Shown: piece by piece, positions 26,017 through 35,283 of the stretch
Layout of the letters: each line of letters opens with the position of its first letter
Position numbering within the stretch: position 1 is the first letter of the stretch
DNA from: Thermoanaerobaculia bacterium
GTDB lineage: Bacteria; Acidobacteriota; Thermoanaerobaculia; UBA5066; Gp7-AA6
Reading direction: 5' to 3'
Length of the DNA stretch: 64,000 nucleotides
Assembly: GCA_036505535.1 (NCBI GenBank)
Contig: DASXTI010000179.1
Span: 4,688-68,687, forward strand
Translations under genes and position numbers: made by a program
Notes under the pieces: generated by a model
Database searches by the model: none
Told to the model about the DNA's origin: nothing
What the model saw: only the letters and a program-made list of their open reading frames with translations

Positions 26017-26715
26017 CTACCCGATGCGTCGCGCCGCGGGATGGCCCTTGGTCGTCAGAATGACGCGGTTGGTCCGGGAGTCACGCAGCCAGTTGACCGG
26101 CCTTCCTTTCGTCGCCGGGATGCCTCGAAAGGTCTCCGTCGGAGGCTTGCCGAAGCCGCCGCCGAGCACGGACCCGCCGTAATAGGCGGCGAGCGTCTTG
26201 CGAACGTAGAGCTGGGTTTCGTCGTAAGGCGGGATGCCGTCATACCTTTCGACGGCAGCCTCCCCCGCGTTGTATGCCGCGAGCGACCGGATGACGTCTC
26301 CGCCGTAAACACCCAGCAGATGCGAGAGGTGGCGCACGCCGGCCGCGATGTTCTGCGCCGGGTCGTGAATGTTATGGACGCCCTGGCGCGAAGCGACCTC
26401 GGGCATCAGCTGCATGAGTCCCCGCGCCCCTTTGCGCGAGACGGCGCCCGGATTGAAGCCCGATTCCACGAGCATCACCGACTTCACCAGCTTCGGATCG
26501 ATGGAGCTCTCGCGTGCCGCCGCGGCGATCAAGTTGTCGTAGGCGGACGCGCGCTGGACGCGGGACGCGAGCCATTCCTCGCTCGAACCGATCTTGGCCG
26601 GGCCGTCGTTGTAGATAAGCCGCCGGCCGTCCTTGACGACGACGCGCACATCCGCATTTCCTGTCCGGACCATGGCGACAAGAAGCCCCAGGCAGACGAA
26701 CACTCGCAGTTTCAT
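26017..26715 (-). CDS. Secreted lytic transglycosylase (SLT domain)
   Basis: ORF 26017..26715. Signal peptide, catalytic ES (MLVESGFNP), GLMQLMP and AAYNAGEAAV. Confidence 0.85.
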   Translation of the reverse strand: MKLRVFVCLGLLVAMVRTGNADVRVVVKDGRRLIYNDGPAKIGSSEEWLASRVQRASAYDNLIAAAARESSIDPKLVKSVMLVESGFNPGAVSRKGARGLMQLMPEVASRQGVHNIHDPAQNIAAGVRHLSHLLGVYGGDVIRSLAAYNAGEAAVERYDGIPPYDETQLYVRKTLAAYYGGSVLGGGFGKPPTETFRGIPATKGRPVNWLRDSRTNRVILTTKGHPAARRIG

Positions 26716-26840
26716 GAAAACGTGAGATGCAATTATAGCCGACGGTGGAAGCAGCGTAAAGATCTGAGTCGCGGCGTCTTAGGCGCTACTGCCGGTGACC
26801 CAGCACACACACCCGACCGGAAGCTCGGTGGCGCGAGACA

Positions 26841-29531
26841 CTATGAGGCGGCCTGGCGCGGCGGCTCCGCTAGAAGATCTCTCACGGCTTCCGCCGCCGC
26901 CTTGAGCCCCGCCGCCAGGAGCTCCGCCTTCTTTCCCCCCGCCTGAGCGAGATCCGGTTTTCCTCCACCGCTTCCGCCCAAAGTCTTTCCAACGCGGGAG
27001 GCGATCCGCGACGCCGGAAGGCGGCCGGTCAGATCCGCCGTGACGGCGATGATCACCGAGGTCTTGCCTTCGCCTGCCGTCGCCACGATGACGACGCCGC
27101 TCTTGACCTTCGATCGCAACGTATCGGAGAGATTCCGCAGGTCCGGAATCGAGAGTCCCTCCACCACACGCGTCACGATCGGCACGCCGGCGACCTCGAT
27201 CCTTTCGGACGGCGTTCCGGCGTCGCCGGAGGCGAGCTTGAGCTTCAACGCGGCGACCTCGCGCTCGAGAGCCTTGAGGCGCTCCTCGCGCTCGTCCCAG
27301 CGCGCCGGAAGTGCTTCGCGCGGCGCCTGCGCCGCTCCGGAGAGGGCATTCAAGATCTGCTCATCCCGCGACAGCAGCTCGACGGCGCCAAGGGATGTCA
27401 CGGCCTCGATGCGTCTCTGGCCTGCGGCAATCGCGCGGTCCGAGACGATCTTGAAGGCGCCGATCTCGCCCGTGCGCGGGACGTGGCAGCCGCCGCAGAG
27501 CTCCGTCGAGAAACCCGGGACTTCGACTACGCGCACGCGCTCGCCGTACTTTTCGCCGAAGAACATGTCAGCGCCCCGACGCCGCGCTTCCTCCATCGGC
27601 AGGATCTCCTTGGTGACGGGCTGGTCTCGAAGGACTTCTTCGTTGACCAACCGCTCGATGTCGGCGAGCTGCTCGGAGGTGGGAGCAACCGCCGCAGCGT
27701 AGTCGAAGCGGAGCCGGTCCGGCGCGACGAGCGAGCCCATCTGCCTCGCCGAGGTTCCGAGCACCTTGCGCAGCGCGGCGTGAAGGAGGTGTGTCCCGGT
27801 GTGGTTCGCCTGCGTTCGGCGGCGAGTCCATTCGGGAACGGACATGTCGACGGCCATTCCCAGTTCGAGTCGGCCCCGCAGGATTCGAATGCGGTGCGCG
27901 ATCAGTTTCGAGATCGGCTTCTGAACGTCGATGACTTCCGCCTCGCCTCCGGCCCACCGCCAGACACCCGTGTCGGCAACTTGACCGCCCCCCTCCGGAT
28001 AGAAGACCGTCCGATCGGTGATCGCGTCGCCGGTTTCCCCTTCGGTGAGCGATGAAGCCTCGGCCCCGTTTGTCACGATGGCCAGCACCTGCGCCCCGGA
28101 CAGGGAGACGAAATCCTGCTCCGGGTAGCCGCGAAAGACCGAGTGCGGCGCCGGGAGCTCCAGCCGCTCGAAGACTCTCGCGTCGGCCGCCTCGAACTTC
28201 GTCGAGGCTCGCGAGGCGGCGCGCTGCCGTTCGAGGGCTTCCTCGAAGCCGGCCCGGTCGACGGCGACGCCTTCGTCGCCGGCGATCTCCTCGATCACCT
28301 CCAGCGGGATCCCGTAGGTATCATAGAAGCGGAAGATGGTCTCGCCCGAAAGAGCCGTCGCCCCTTCGCGCCGGAGGCGCTCGATCGCCTCGCCGACGCG
28401 GTCGGCCCCCTCCGAGAGCGTCTTGCCGAATCTCTCCTCTTCCCGCCTCAGCGCGCCGGCCACGCTCTCCTCGACACGCGGCGTCTCGGAAGGCTGGAAG
28501 TAGACGCCGGCGAAGCTCTCGACGACCGCCGGGACCAGCTGATACAGAAATGGCTGGGTGAGCCCGAGCCGGTGGCCGTAACGCATCGCGCGTCGAAGGA
28601 TCCGGCGCAGCACGTAGCCTCGTCCCTCGTTAGAAGGCAAGGCGCCGTCGGCGACGAGCATCGTCGCCGCGCGGGCGTGGTCCGCAATCACGCGAAAGGG
28701 TGCATCCTCGGGCGCCATCCCGCCCTTGTAGGGCTGGCCGGAAAGCTCCGCGAGCCGCGCCAGGATCGACGCGAAGAGGTCCGTGTCGAAATTGTTGTTG
28801 ACGCCCTGAAGAATCGCCGTCAGCCGTTCGAGGCCCGCGCCGGTGTCCACGGACGGCCGCGGCAGCGCCGCCATTCCGCCCGACGCGTCGCGCTCGTATT
28901 GCATGAACACGAGGTTCCAGATTTCCAGCGTGTCATCGCCGGGGCCATTGACTTTGTCGACCGAGTTTTGCGAGGGGCTCGTCGGATCGGGGCCGCGGTA
29001 GTAGTGGATCTCGGAGCAGGGGCCGCACGGCCCCGTGTCCCCCATGGCCCAGAAGTTCTCCTTTTCCCCAAAGCGCAAGATGCGGGCCTTGGGCAGATAC
29101 CTTTCCCAGAGCCGGTAGGCCTCATCGTCCTCGGCGTACACCGTGGCCCAAAGCCGTTCGGGGTCGAGGCCGTAGCCGCTCTGTTCATCCGTGACCAGCT
29201 CCCAGGCGAACCGGGTCGCCTCATCCTTGAAGTAATCGCCGAAGGAGAAGTTGCCGAGCATTTCGAAAAACGTGTGGTGGCGCCCCGTGTAGCCGACGTT
29301 GTCGAGGTCGTTATGCTTGCCGCCGGCGCGCACGCATTTCTGGACGGTCGTCGCGCGCGTGTAGTCCCGCTTTTCGCGGCCGGTGAATACGTCCTTGAAC
29401 TGATTCATGCCGGCATTGGCGAAGAGCAGGGTAGGATCCTCGGCCGGAATCAGGGAGGAGGAGGGGACGCGGCGGTGCCCCTGCCCCTCGAAATATCGAA
29501 GGAATCTCTCCCGGACCTCAGTCGACCTCAT
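26841..29531 (-). CDS. alaS: Alanine--tRNA ligase
   Basis: ORF 26841..29531, 896 aa. Full-length AlaRS similarity (FANAGMNQFK, editing-domain HTGTHLLH, C-terminal DHHA1). Confidence 0.97.
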   Translation of the reverse strand: MRSTEVRERFLRYFEGQGHRRVPSSSLIPAEDPTLLFANAGMNQFKDVFTGREKRDYTRATTVQKCVRAGGKHNDLDNVGYTGRHHTFFEMLGNFSFGDYFKDEATRFAWELVTDEQSGYGLDPERLWATVYAEDDEAYRLWERYLPKARILRFGEKENFWAMGDTGPCGPCSEIHYYRGPDPTSPSQNSVDKVNGPGDDTLEIWNLVFMQYERDASGGMAALPRPSVDTGAGLERLTAILQGVNNNFDTDLFASILARLAELSGQPYKGGMAPEDAPFRVIADHARAATMLVADGALPSNEGRGYVLRRILRRAMRYGHRLGLTQPFLYQLVPAVVESFAGVYFQPSETPRVEESVAGALRREEERFGKTLSEGADRVGEAIERLRREGATALSGETIFRFYDTYGIPLEVIEEIAGDEGVAVDRAGFEEALERQRAASRASTKFEAADARVFERLELPAPHSVFRGYPEQDFVSLSGAQVLAIVTNGAEASSLTEGETGDAITDRTVFYPEGGGQVADTGVWRWAGGEAEVIDVQKPISKLIAHRIRILRGRLELGMAVDMSVPEWTRRRTQANHTGTHLLHAALRKVLGTSARQMGSLVAPDRLRFDYAAAVAPTSEQLADIERLVNEEVLRDQPVTKEILPMEEARRRGADMFFGEKYGERVRVVEVPGFSTELCGGCHVPRTGEIGAFKIVSDRAIAAGQRRIEAVTSLGAVELLSRDEQILNALSGAAQAPREALPARWDEREERLKALEREVAALKLKLASGDAGTPSERIEVAGVPIVTRVVEGLSIPDLRNLSDTLRSKVKSGVVIVATAGEGKTSVIIAVTADLTGRLPASRIASRVGKTLGGSGGGKPDLAQAGGKKAELLAAGLKAAAEAVRDLLAEPPRQAAS

Positions 29532-29796
29532 ACCAGCTCCGGATGATCTCAGAAATCTTCTCCGCCCGAAAACCGCGCCGGGTCAGCGCATCGAATACCC
29601 GTCGGCGACGGAGCGGCGGCGCAAGATTCGACCGCGCGCTCCAGAGCCTCTCAAACGCGCGGCGGAGCGCCTCCTCTTCCCGTTCGTTTGCTCCTTCCGC
29701 CGCGAGGGCCTCCGCGATCGTCTCGCGTCCGAAACCCCGAGCCTTCAGCTCCCGTTCCACGCGGGAGCGCCCGTACCGCGCTCCTCGCGAGCGCAC
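29518..29796 (-). CDS. recX: Recombination regulator RecX (canonical-start ORF only; RecX-like sequence continues upstream in frame to 30009)
   Basis: ORF 29518..29796 (GTG). RecX repeats 2-3, and it overlaps the alaS start as in many bacteria. The 71 codons upstream (29797-30009) encode RecX repeat 1 (ARERALRLLAIRPRGRAELNRALVDRGF) but contain no ATG/GTG/TTG. Confidence 0.75.
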   Translation of the reverse strand: MRSRGARYGRSRVERELKARGFGRETIAEALAAEGANEREEEALRRAFERLWSARSNLAPPLRRRRVFDALTRRGFRAEKISEIIRSWYEVD

Positions 29797-30009
29797 CGCC
29801 GAGCGCGCCGCCGAAAGGTCGTCCAGCCAGCCTTCCCGCTCCAGGCGTTCCAGGGCCTCTCCGACCGCGCTCGGATCGAAGCCCCGATCGACGAGCGCGC
29901 GGTTGAGCTCTGCGCGCCCCCGCGGCCGAATCGCGAGAAGGCGAAGGGCCCGCTCCCGCGCGCCCTCGACGGACGCGGGCTCAGCGGGAGGAGAAGAGCG
30001 CCGCGCCGT

Positions 30010-31200
30010 CTAGCTGCGCCCCGGAGGGAGCTGATTGGAGAAGTCGAACGGGGACTCTTCCCCAAGCGGATTGAAGTCGGACGGCACCTCGAGCGAAGCG
30101 TCCATCTCTTCGCGCGCGACGTCCGAGGTCGACTGGATTCCCTGAATCTTGAGCTTGAACTCGTTGGGGTTCGTCGCACGCTTGAGCGCCTCTTCCAGCG
30201 TGATCAGGCCCGACTTGTAGAGGCTGTAGAGGGACTGGTCGAAGGTCTGCATGCCGTACTGCGAGGTGCCCTGCTGAATGGCGTCCTTGATGTATTTGGT
30301 TTTTTCCTTGTTCTCGATGCATTCCCGGACGTAATTGGTCCGGATCAGCACCTCGGCCGCCGGCACGCGGCCGAGTCCGTCCGCGCGCGGCATCAGGCGA
30401 AGTGAAATGACCGACTTCAAGACGGCGCCGAGCTGTAAGCGGATCTGCTTCTGCTGGTGGGGCGGGAAAACGGCGATGATTCGATTGATCGTCTCAGTCG
30501 CATCGAGGGTATGGAGCGTGGAGAAGACGAGATGGCCCGTTTCCGCGGCGGTCAAGGCCGTTTCGATCGTCTCGTAGTCCCGCATCTCGCCGACGAGGAT
30601 GACGTCGGGGTCCTGGCGCAGCGCGCTTCGCAGTGCCAGCGAGAAGCCCTTGGTGTCCACGTCGACCTCGCGCTGGTTCACGATCGACTTCTTGTCGCGA
30701 TGGAGAAACTCGATCGGGTCTTCGATCGTCATGATGTGCTCGTTGCGTGTCGAGTTGATCTGGTCGACCATCGCCGCGAGCGTGGTGGACTTGCCCGAAC
30801 CGGTCGTTCCGGTGCAGAGCACCAGCCCGCGCTGTTCCTGGCAGATCTTCTCGAGCACCGGCGGGAGCAAGAGGTCCTTGATGCTCAGAATCCGGGCAGG
30901 AATGACGCGTAGCACGAGGCCCACCGTGCCGCGCTGCTGGAAGATGTTGCAACGAAAACGCCCGAGGTTCGGTACGTTGTAGGCGATGTCGATCTCGAAG
31001 TTGTTCTTGAATTTTTCCTTCTGGCGGGCCGACATGATCGAAAAGGCCATCGCGATCGTGTCTTCCTGCATGAGACGACGCATGTCGGCGAGCGGAATGA
31101 GCGTTCCGTCGACGCGAATGACGGGAAAAGCACCGACTTTCAGGTGCAGGTCGGACGCTTTCCGCTCGACCGCAATCTTCAGCAGATCGTTGATATGCAT
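30010..31200 (-). CDS. pilT: Type IV pilus retraction (twitching motility) ATPase PilT
   Basis: ORF 30010..31200. Walker A GTTGSGKST, Asp box, Walker B ILVGEMRD, His box TGHLVFSTLHT, and the PilT-specific AIxxxLxQ-type helix region. Confidence 0.92.
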   Translation of the reverse strand: MHINDLLKIAVERKASDLHLKVGAFPVIRVDGTLIPLADMRRLMQEDTIAMAFSIMSARQKEKFKNNFEIDIAYNVPNLGRFRCNIFQQRGTVGLVLRVIPARILSIKDLLLPPVLEKICQEQRGLVLCTGTTGSGKSTTLAAMVDQINSTRNEHIMTIEDPIEFLHRDKKSIVNQREVDVDTKGFSLALRSALRQDPDVILVGEMRDYETIETALTAAETGHLVFSTLHTLDATETINRIIAVFPPHQQKQIRLQLGAVLKSVISLRLMPRADGLGRVPAAEVLIRTNYVRECIENKEKTKYIKDAIQQGTSQYGMQTFDQSLYSLYKSGLITLEEALKRATNPNEFKLKIQGIQSTSDVAREEMDASLEVPSDFNPLGEESPFDFSNQLPPGRS

Positions 31201-31327
31201 GGTTTTGTTTTCCTCGGTTGGCGGCTAGCTTACGCCCCTTGCCGAATGATTGGAAGACCTCGGTCGCCGATCGTCGGTGTCGTGTGGCGCGGCAGCGATG
31301 CTTCTAAGTGGCTGGACCGTAAGACGT

Positions 31328-31346
31328 AAGAGTGAGATCCACTCTT
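31328..31346 (-). terminator. Weak terminator-like hairpin just downstream of ilvE
   Basis: AAGAGTG/CACTCTT 7-bp stem directly after the ilvE stop. No clear U-tract. Confidence 0.25.
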
Positions 31347-31347
31347 C

Positions 31348-32286
31348 TCAGACACGGGCTTCGACCGGCAGCGCCGTCAGCCATCCACGGCGATCTTCCG
31401 CCTCGCCGCGAACGAGCGCGAAGAATTCTTTCTGGAGCCTCTCGGTGATCGGACCGCGACGGCCTCCACCGACCACGATGCGGTCGACCGATCGGATCGG
31501 CGTGATCTCGGCCGCGGTTCCGGTGAAGAAGACCTCGTCGGCGATGTAGAGCATCTCGCGGGCGATCTGCTGCTCGACGACGGTATATCCGGCGTCTCTG
31601 GCCAGGCACATGATCGAGTCACGCGTGATACCCGGCAAGATCGTGCCGGCCAACGGCGGTGTCAGAATCCGGCCCCCGTAGACGATGAAGATGTTCTCGC
31701 CGCTTCCCTCCGAGATCCGCCCGCCGTTGTCCAGAGCGATCCCCTCCGTGAAGCCGTTGACGATCGCCTCCATCTTGATCAGCGCGGAGTTCAAATAGTT
31801 GCCGGTCGCCTTGGCCATGGCCGGGAAAGTATTGGGCGCCATGCGGTTCCACGAGGACACGCAGACGTCGACGCCGCCTTCCAGAGCCTCCTCGCCCAGG
31901 TAATTTCCCCACCGCCACACCGCGATCATCACCTCGACGGGGCTATGGAAGGGGTTCACCCCGAGCGCTCCCAAGCCGCGGTAGACGACCGGGCGGATAT
32001 AGCACTCCTCGAAGCCATTGGCGCGAATCGTCTCGAAGACCGCATCGCGAAAATCCTTGGGCGAATAGGGAATCTCCATCCGGTAGACCTTGCAGGAGTC
32101 ATAGAGCCGCTTGATGTGCTCGTCGATACGAAAAGCCGCAGGACCGCTCTTCGTCCTGTAGACACGGGCCCCTTCGAACATCGCCGAGCCGTAGTGAAAG
32201 ACGTGAGAGAAAGCATGGATCTTCGCGTCGGCGAAGTCCACGAGCCGGCCGTTCATCCAGACTTTCTTGACGTCCTCGTAGGACAT
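31348..32286 (-). CDS. ilvE: Branched-chain amino acid aminotransferase
   Basis: ORF 31348..32352 trimmed to ATG 32286 ([24 protein letters not shown]...). Fold-type IV PLP enzyme motifs (EGIRAY-like [16 protein letters not shown]). Confidence 0.92.
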   Translation of the reverse strand: MSYEDVKKVWMNGRLVDFADAKIHAFSHVFHYGSAMFEGARVYRTKSGPAAFRIDEHIKRLYDSCKVYRMEIPYSPKDFRDAVFETIRANGFEECYIRPVVYRGLGALGVNPFHSPVEVMIAVWRWGNYLGEEALEGGVDVCVSSWNRMAPNTFPAMAKATGNYLNSALIKMEAIVNGFTEGIALDNGGRISEGSGENIFIVYGGRILTPPLAGTILPGITRDSIMCLARDAGYTVVEQQIAREMLYIADEVFFTGTAAEITPIRSVDRIVVGGGRRGPITERLQKEFFALVRGEAEDRRGWLTALPVEARV

Positions 32287-32400
32287 ACCGCCTCCGCTTC
32301 GAGATCTTGGGTGACGACGGAGTATTCTCCCCTTCCCTCTGTCAATGCGCAATCTCTAAAGGTGAACGGAAGAACCTCGAGCATTAAGCAAACTCGGGGC

Positions 32401-32449
32401 GCGTCTTGCGTCTTCGCTTTCACGTTTCACGTCTCGCGTCTCATGTCTT
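32401..32449. repeat. Tandem heptad array (7 x RCGTYTY) at the 3' end of rsmE; the partner arm (about 32360-32381) is weak
   Basis: Reads GCGTCTT GCGTCTT CGCTTTC ACGTTTC ACGTCTC GCGTCTC ATGTCTT. The rsmE stop (32441-43) lies inside the array. Confidence 0.6.
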
Positions 32450-33166
32450 ACGGGCGAGCGCCGCCTGAGCGAGTATCAGCGCGGCGACCGCGGCCGTCTC
32501 GGCTCGAAGCTTCCCCGCGGCCAGCGACACAATCCTCCATCCGGAGGCGATGGCCCCGTCGCGTTCCCGGTCGGACCATCCTCCCTCCGGCCCCACCAGC
32601 AGGGCTGTCGACTCCGCGCGGAGCAAGGATGGAAAGACCTCGCCGCTCGGATCGAGCATGAGCCGGTTCTTCGAGGACTCGCTCCGAAAGATCTCGGAAA
32701 GAGCGACGGGTCCCACGATCGCCGGCCACCTCGCCCGCTCCGACTGCTTCGCCGCCTCCCGCACGACGCGTTCGAGCCGCGGGACGAGGCGCTGGCTCGC
32801 GCGAAAGCTCTGTGTGCGCTCGCTCGTCAAGAGTGTGAGGCGCGCGGCTCCCAACTCGGTTGCCTTCTCCGCAACCCAGCCGAGCCGCTCCCCGCGAATC
32901 GCCGCGACACCGAGAGATATCGGCGCGTGCGCTTGGACAGACGCGACTCGAATCGACTCGACGAACACTTCGAGCTCTCGCCGCTGCCGCCGGGTCAGCC
33001 GCCCGACCGCCTCCCGTCCACTGCCGTCGACGAGCACGATGGCGTCGCCCGACGCCAGCCGTCGCGCGTGCGCGTGAGCTACCTCTTCGCCGGTGATCCG
33101 GCAGGCCGCGCCGGCTGCCGGAAGCCTGTCGACTATGAGACGCGCGCCAGGCTCAGACAGATCCAC
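32441..33166 (-). CDS. rsmE: 16S rRNA (uracil1498-N3)-methyltransferase
   Basis: ORF 32441..33364 trimmed to GTG 33166 (homology begins ARLIVDRLP...GEEVAHAHARRLASGDAIVLVDGSG). C-terminal SPOUT knot LLVGPEGGWSDRE. Overlaps the prmA end. Confidence 0.8.
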   Translation of the reverse strand: MDLSEPGARLIVDRLPAAGAACRITGEEVAHAHARRLASGDAIVLVDGSGREAVGRLTRRQRRELEVFVESIRVASVQAHAPISLGVAAIRGERLGWVAEKATELGAARLTLLTSERTQSFRASQRLVPRLERVVREAAKQSERARWPAIVGPVALSEIFRSESSKNRLMLDPSGEVFPSLLRAESTALLVGPEGGWSDRERDGAIASGWRIVSLAAGKLRAETAAVAALILAQAALARKT

Positions 33167-33963
33167 TCCTTGTCTGTGCGGCGGCCCGCAAGCTTCCAGC
33201 GCGCGGTCCTCGTTTTCGCCAGCACGTCCCGCTCGCGATTTCGCGTCACGCCGGAGAGAATGACGCGCCCGCGGCGACTCGCGCGGGCGAACAGCCGCCG
33301 CGTCTCGGAAAGGATTTCGTCGGGCAGCATGTTTGCGACGATCAAATCGAAGTGCCCGGCGCATGCCGAGAGCGGGCCGGCGAAAAGCCGCACCCGAATA
33401 CCGAAGGAGTGCCGGCGGATGTTCTCGCGCGCCACGAAGATCGCGTCGGCGTCCGTGTCGAGTCCGACGGCCAAACGCGCTCCAAGGGCGGCGCCGGCCA
33501 GAGCCAGCACGGCGGAGCCCGTCCCCGCGTCCAGGAGCGAGCGCCCCTCGAGCGCTTCCTCTTCCAGAGCGATGAGCGCCAGACGCGTCGACTCGTGCGC
33601 TCCCGTCCCAAAGGCACGGGAGGCCGGTAGGCGCAGGACGATGCGCCCCTCCGGGGGCGGCGCTTCGCTCGGATCGCCGGGATCGATCCAGAGGCGGCGG
33701 CCTACCGGGAAAGGTCGCGAAACGGCCCGATACGATTCGAGGGGATCCCCCTCCAGGATGTCGGTGGTCAGCGCGTGACGGATGCGCGCGGCGCGGAGGG
33801 ACTCAGAAGCCCGCCGCGCCGCGCCGGCCTCGCGATAAAACGCGACGAGATCGCGACCGGCCTGCTCGAAGCCGAGGGGATCATGCAGGGAGAGGAGCCC
33901 GAGCACGACCTCATCCCCGGACTTTCGGGGGACGGTCAGGCGGCTGTAGCGGGCGCGGGACAC
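33133..33963 (-). CDS. prmA: Ribosomal protein L11 methyltransferase
   Basis: ORF 33133..34041 trimmed to GTG 33963, because the extra N-terminus merely translates the heptad repeat. Motifs FGTGAHESTRLAL, LDAGTGSAVLALA and DLIVANM. Confidence 0.85.
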   Translation of the reverse strand: MSRARYSRLTVPRKSGDEVVLGLLSLHDPLGFEQAGRDLVAFYREAGAARRASESLRAARIRHALTTDILEGDPLESYRAVSRPFPVGRRLWIDPGDPSEAPPPEGRIVLRLPASRAFGTGAHESTRLALIALEEEALEGRSLLDAGTGSAVLALAGAALGARLAVGLDTDADAIFVARENIRRHSFGIRVRLFAGPLSACAGHFDLIVANMLPDEILSETRRLFARASRRGRVILSGVTRNRERDVLAKTRTARWKLAGRRTDKEWICLSLARVS

Positions 33964-33970
33964 GAGTGCT

Positions 33971-34060
33971 GAAGATTGAGGATTGAAGATTGAGGATTGA
34001 AGATTAGGCGATTGAGGTGAGACATTTCCGTGACTCCTCAATCATCAATCTTTAATCATT
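33971..34060. repeat. Heptad-repeat hairpin between dnaJ and prmA (6 x GATTGAR-type units versus CCTCAATC ATCAATC TTTAATC)
   Basis: Left arm 33971-34017 (includes GATTGAGGATTGAA x2). Right arm 34036-34060 contains the dnaJ stop codon. Confidence 0.85.
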
Positions 34061-35189
34061 CGTCTCCGAATAGCTTCTTCGCCTTCTTGAACACATTCGC
34101 CTTCTCCTTTCCGACGGGGGCGCCAATAAGGTCCGCGTACTGCCGCAAGATCTCCTTCTCCTCCTTGGACGGAGACTCCGGCACCTGAACGCCGATTCGG
34201 ACAACGAGATCCCCCCGCCCGCTCCGGCCCAGACGTCCCATGCCCTTGCCTCTCAGCCGCAATTCCGAGCCGGCGGCGGTCCCCGGCGCGACCGCGATCT
34301 GTTCGGGTCCATCGAACGTGGGGACCGAGACCTCACCCCCGAGCACGAGCGTTGGAAAGGGAAGATCGAGGGAAACGACGACATCGTCCCCCTCACGGGA
34401 GAACGCCTCGTCCTCGGCCACCGTCAGCACGACGTACAGGTCGCCGGCGGGTCCGCCGTTCGGACCCGCGTCCCCCTCGCCCGTTAGGCGCAGCCGCGAG
34501 CCCGACTCCACGCCCGCGGGGATTCGTATCGTGAGCTCCTTTTTGCCGCGCCGACGCCCCTCGCCGTGGCAGGCCCTGCAGGGTTTCTCGATGAGCCGGC
34601 CCTCCCCCTGGCAATTCGCGCAGGGGCGCGTGAGAGTGAGAAACCCCTGTGAAATGCGTTGGCGGCCGCGGCCACCGCAAGCGGGACATATTTTCGGCCG
34701 CGAGCCCGGCTCCGCACCCGTGCCGCCGCAGCTGTCGCAACGCTCAAAGCGTGAGATCGCGATCGGAGCCTCCATGCCGAACGCCGCGTCGCGAAACGAG
34801 ATCTCCATCCGATAGACGAGGTCGCTCCCCACCGGTGGTTCGCGCGCCCCGCCGAATCCGCCCCCCGACGCGAATCCGAAGAGACCGCTGAAGAGATCCG
34901 AAAAGTCGGCGAAAACGGATGGGTCGAATCCCTGGAACCCCCCGAAACCGGGGCCGTTTGCGGCAAAGGCGGCGTGACCGAAGCGGTCGTAGCGCGCCCG
35001 CTTCTCGGGATCGGAGAGAACCGCATAAGCCTCGGAGGCCTCCTTGAACTTCTCGGCGGCATCGGGATTGTTGGGGTTGCGGTCCGGGTGGTGAGTCAGC
35101 GCGAGCTTGCGATAGGCAGACTTCAGGGCCGACTCATCCGCGTCGCGGTTGACGCCCAGAATCTGGTAATAGTCGCGTCGTTCCGACAT
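34056..35189 (-). CDS. dnaJ: Molecular chaperone DnaJ
   Basis: ORF 34056..35258 trimmed to ATG 35189 ([13 protein letters not shown]...HPDRNP). G/F region and four CxxCxGxG zinc motifs. Confidence 0.95.
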   Translation of the reverse strand: MSERRDYYQILGVNRDADESALKSAYRKLALTHHPDRNPNNPDAAEKFKEASEAYAVLSDPEKRARYDRFGHAAFAANGPGFGGFQGFDPSVFADFSDLFSGLFGFASGGGFGGAREPPVGSDLVYRMEISFRDAAFGMEAPIAISRFERCDSCGGTGAEPGSRPKICPACGGRGRQRISQGFLTLTRPCANCQGEGRLIEKPCRACHGEGRRRGKKELTIRIPAGVESGSRLRLTGEGDAGPNGGPAGDLYVVLTVAEDEAFSREGDDVVVSLDLPFPTLVLGGEVSVPTFDGPEQIAVAPGTAAGSELRLRGKGMGRLGRSGRGDLVVRIGVQVPESPSKEEKEILRQYADLIGAPVGKEKANVFKKAKKLFGDE

Positions 35190-35196
35190 AGAAAAA

Positions 35197-35280
<84 letters not shown>

Positions 35281-35283
35281 TAT

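Noticed and set aside
29929-29931. ATT codon as the recX start.
   Set aside because: It lies after the conserved first helix of RecX repeat 1 (ARERALRLLA), so it would still truncate conserved sequence. It is kept only as a remote alternative in the recX finding.
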